This document shows, in pieces, positions 62,901-64,000 of a stretch of DNA of 64,000 nt. The notes below the pieces were generated by a model. The model searched no databases. It was not told where the DNA came from and worked only from the letters and a program-made list of their open reading frames with translations. Positions within the stretch are counted from its first letter, which is position 1. The number at the start of each line of letters is the position of its first letter. The DNA is from Macrostomum hystrix. Taxonomy: Eukaryota > Animalia > Platyhelminthes. The stretch covers positions 7,688,001 to 7,752,000 of the forward strand of contig CATNEN010000003.1 in the NCBI GenBank assembly GCA_950097015.1, given 5' to 3'. The position numbers were made by a program, and so were the translations under genes.

Positions 62901-64000
62901 TCCGTCTTCAAATATCCTAGAGATCCGTCTTCAAATATCCTAGAGATCCGTCTTCAAATATCCTAGAGATCCCTCTTCAAATATCCTAGAGATTCATCTT
63001 CAAATATCCTAGAGATCCGTCTTCAAATATCCTAGAGATCCGTCCTCAAATATCCTAGAGATCCGTCTTCAAATATCCTAGAGATCCGTCTTCAAATATC
63101 CTAGAGATCCCTCTTCAAATATCCTAGAGATTCATCTTCAAATATCCTAGAGATCCGTCTTCAAATATCCTAGAGATCCGTCCTCAAATATCCTAGAGAT
63201 TCATCTTCAAATATCCTAGAGATCCGTCTTCAAATATCCTAGAGATCCGTCCTCAAATATCCTAGAGATCCATCTTCAAATATCCTAGAGATCCGTCCTC
63301 AAATATCCTAGAGATCCGTCTTCAAATATCCTAGAGATCCATCTTCAAATATCCTAGAGATCCGTCTTCAAATATCCTAGAGATCCATCTTCAAATATCC
63401 TAGAGAACCGTCCTCAAATATCCTAGAGATCCGTCTTCAAATATCCTAGAGATCCGTCCTCAAATATCCTAGAGATCCATCTTCAAATATCCTAGAGATC
63501 CGTCCTCAAATATCCTAGAGATCCGTCTTCAAATATCCTAGAGATCCGTCTTCAAATATCCTAGAGATCCGTCTTCAAATATCCTAGAGATCCGTCTTCA
63601 AATATCCTAGAGATCCGTCTTCAAATATCCTAGAGATCCGTCTTCAAATATCCTAGAGATCCGACTTCAAATATCCTAGAGATCCATCTTCAAATATCCT
63701 AGAGATCCGTCGTTAAATATCCTAGAGATCCCTCTTCAAATATCCTAGAGATCCGTCGTTAAATATCCTAGAGATCCGTCTTCAAATATCCTAGAGATCC
63801 GTCGTTAAATATCCTAGAGATCCCTCTTCAAATATCCTAGAGATTCATCTTCAAATATCCTAGAGATCCGTCGTTAAATATCCTAGAGATCCGTCCTTAA
63901 ATATCCTAGAGATCCGTCTTCAAATATCCTAGAGATCCGTCTTCAAATATCCTAGAGACCCGTCCTCAAATATCCTAGAGATCCATCTTCAAATATCCTA
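50922..64000. repeat. Large 23-bp satellite array (AGATCCGTCTTCAAATATCCTAG), ~570 units, with higher-order structure; continues past the window end
   Basis: Period 23. The blocks at 56341 and 59881 are near-identical (3540-bp period). Confidence 0.97.

Noticed and set aside
50922-64000. Possible CRISPR array
   Set aside because: Contiguous tandem units with no unique spacers, no cas genes and a eukaryotic context; the same applies to the 52-bp array at 41015-41505

Overview
This is eukaryotic (metazoan) genomic DNA, not prokaryotic. It has GT-AG introns, and almost every intron carries its own minisatellite, an architecture reminiscent of the flatworm Macrostomum (inference only). Four host genes lie head-to-tail on the + strand: the 3' part of an RRP5/PDCD11 homolog (1-13885), an intronless MOB1 (14930-15700), an 11-exon ATP7-type Cu-ATPase with seven metal-binding domains (18606-33876) and an AP-5 beta subunit (AP5B1, 37325-47572). 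A >13 kb 23-bp satellite with a 3540-bp higher-order repeat runs from about 50920 to the window end. The most notable object is a 5845-bp DNA transposon (3991-9835) inserted into a 30-bp minisatellite in an RRP5 intron. It has 13-bp TIRs, a 3-bp CAT target-site duplication and long inverted subterminal repeat arrays (CACTA/CMC-like), but no recognisable transposase. It carries a predicted spliced coiled-coil + BEN-domain gene and, directly behind it, an ORF resembling the CtIP/Sae2 C-terminal MRN-activating domain. A fold-back element, two tRNA-derived SINE families and a cluster of four perfect TGACGTCA palindromes are also present. All protein-family calls come from motif recognition against remembered sequences, not database searches.
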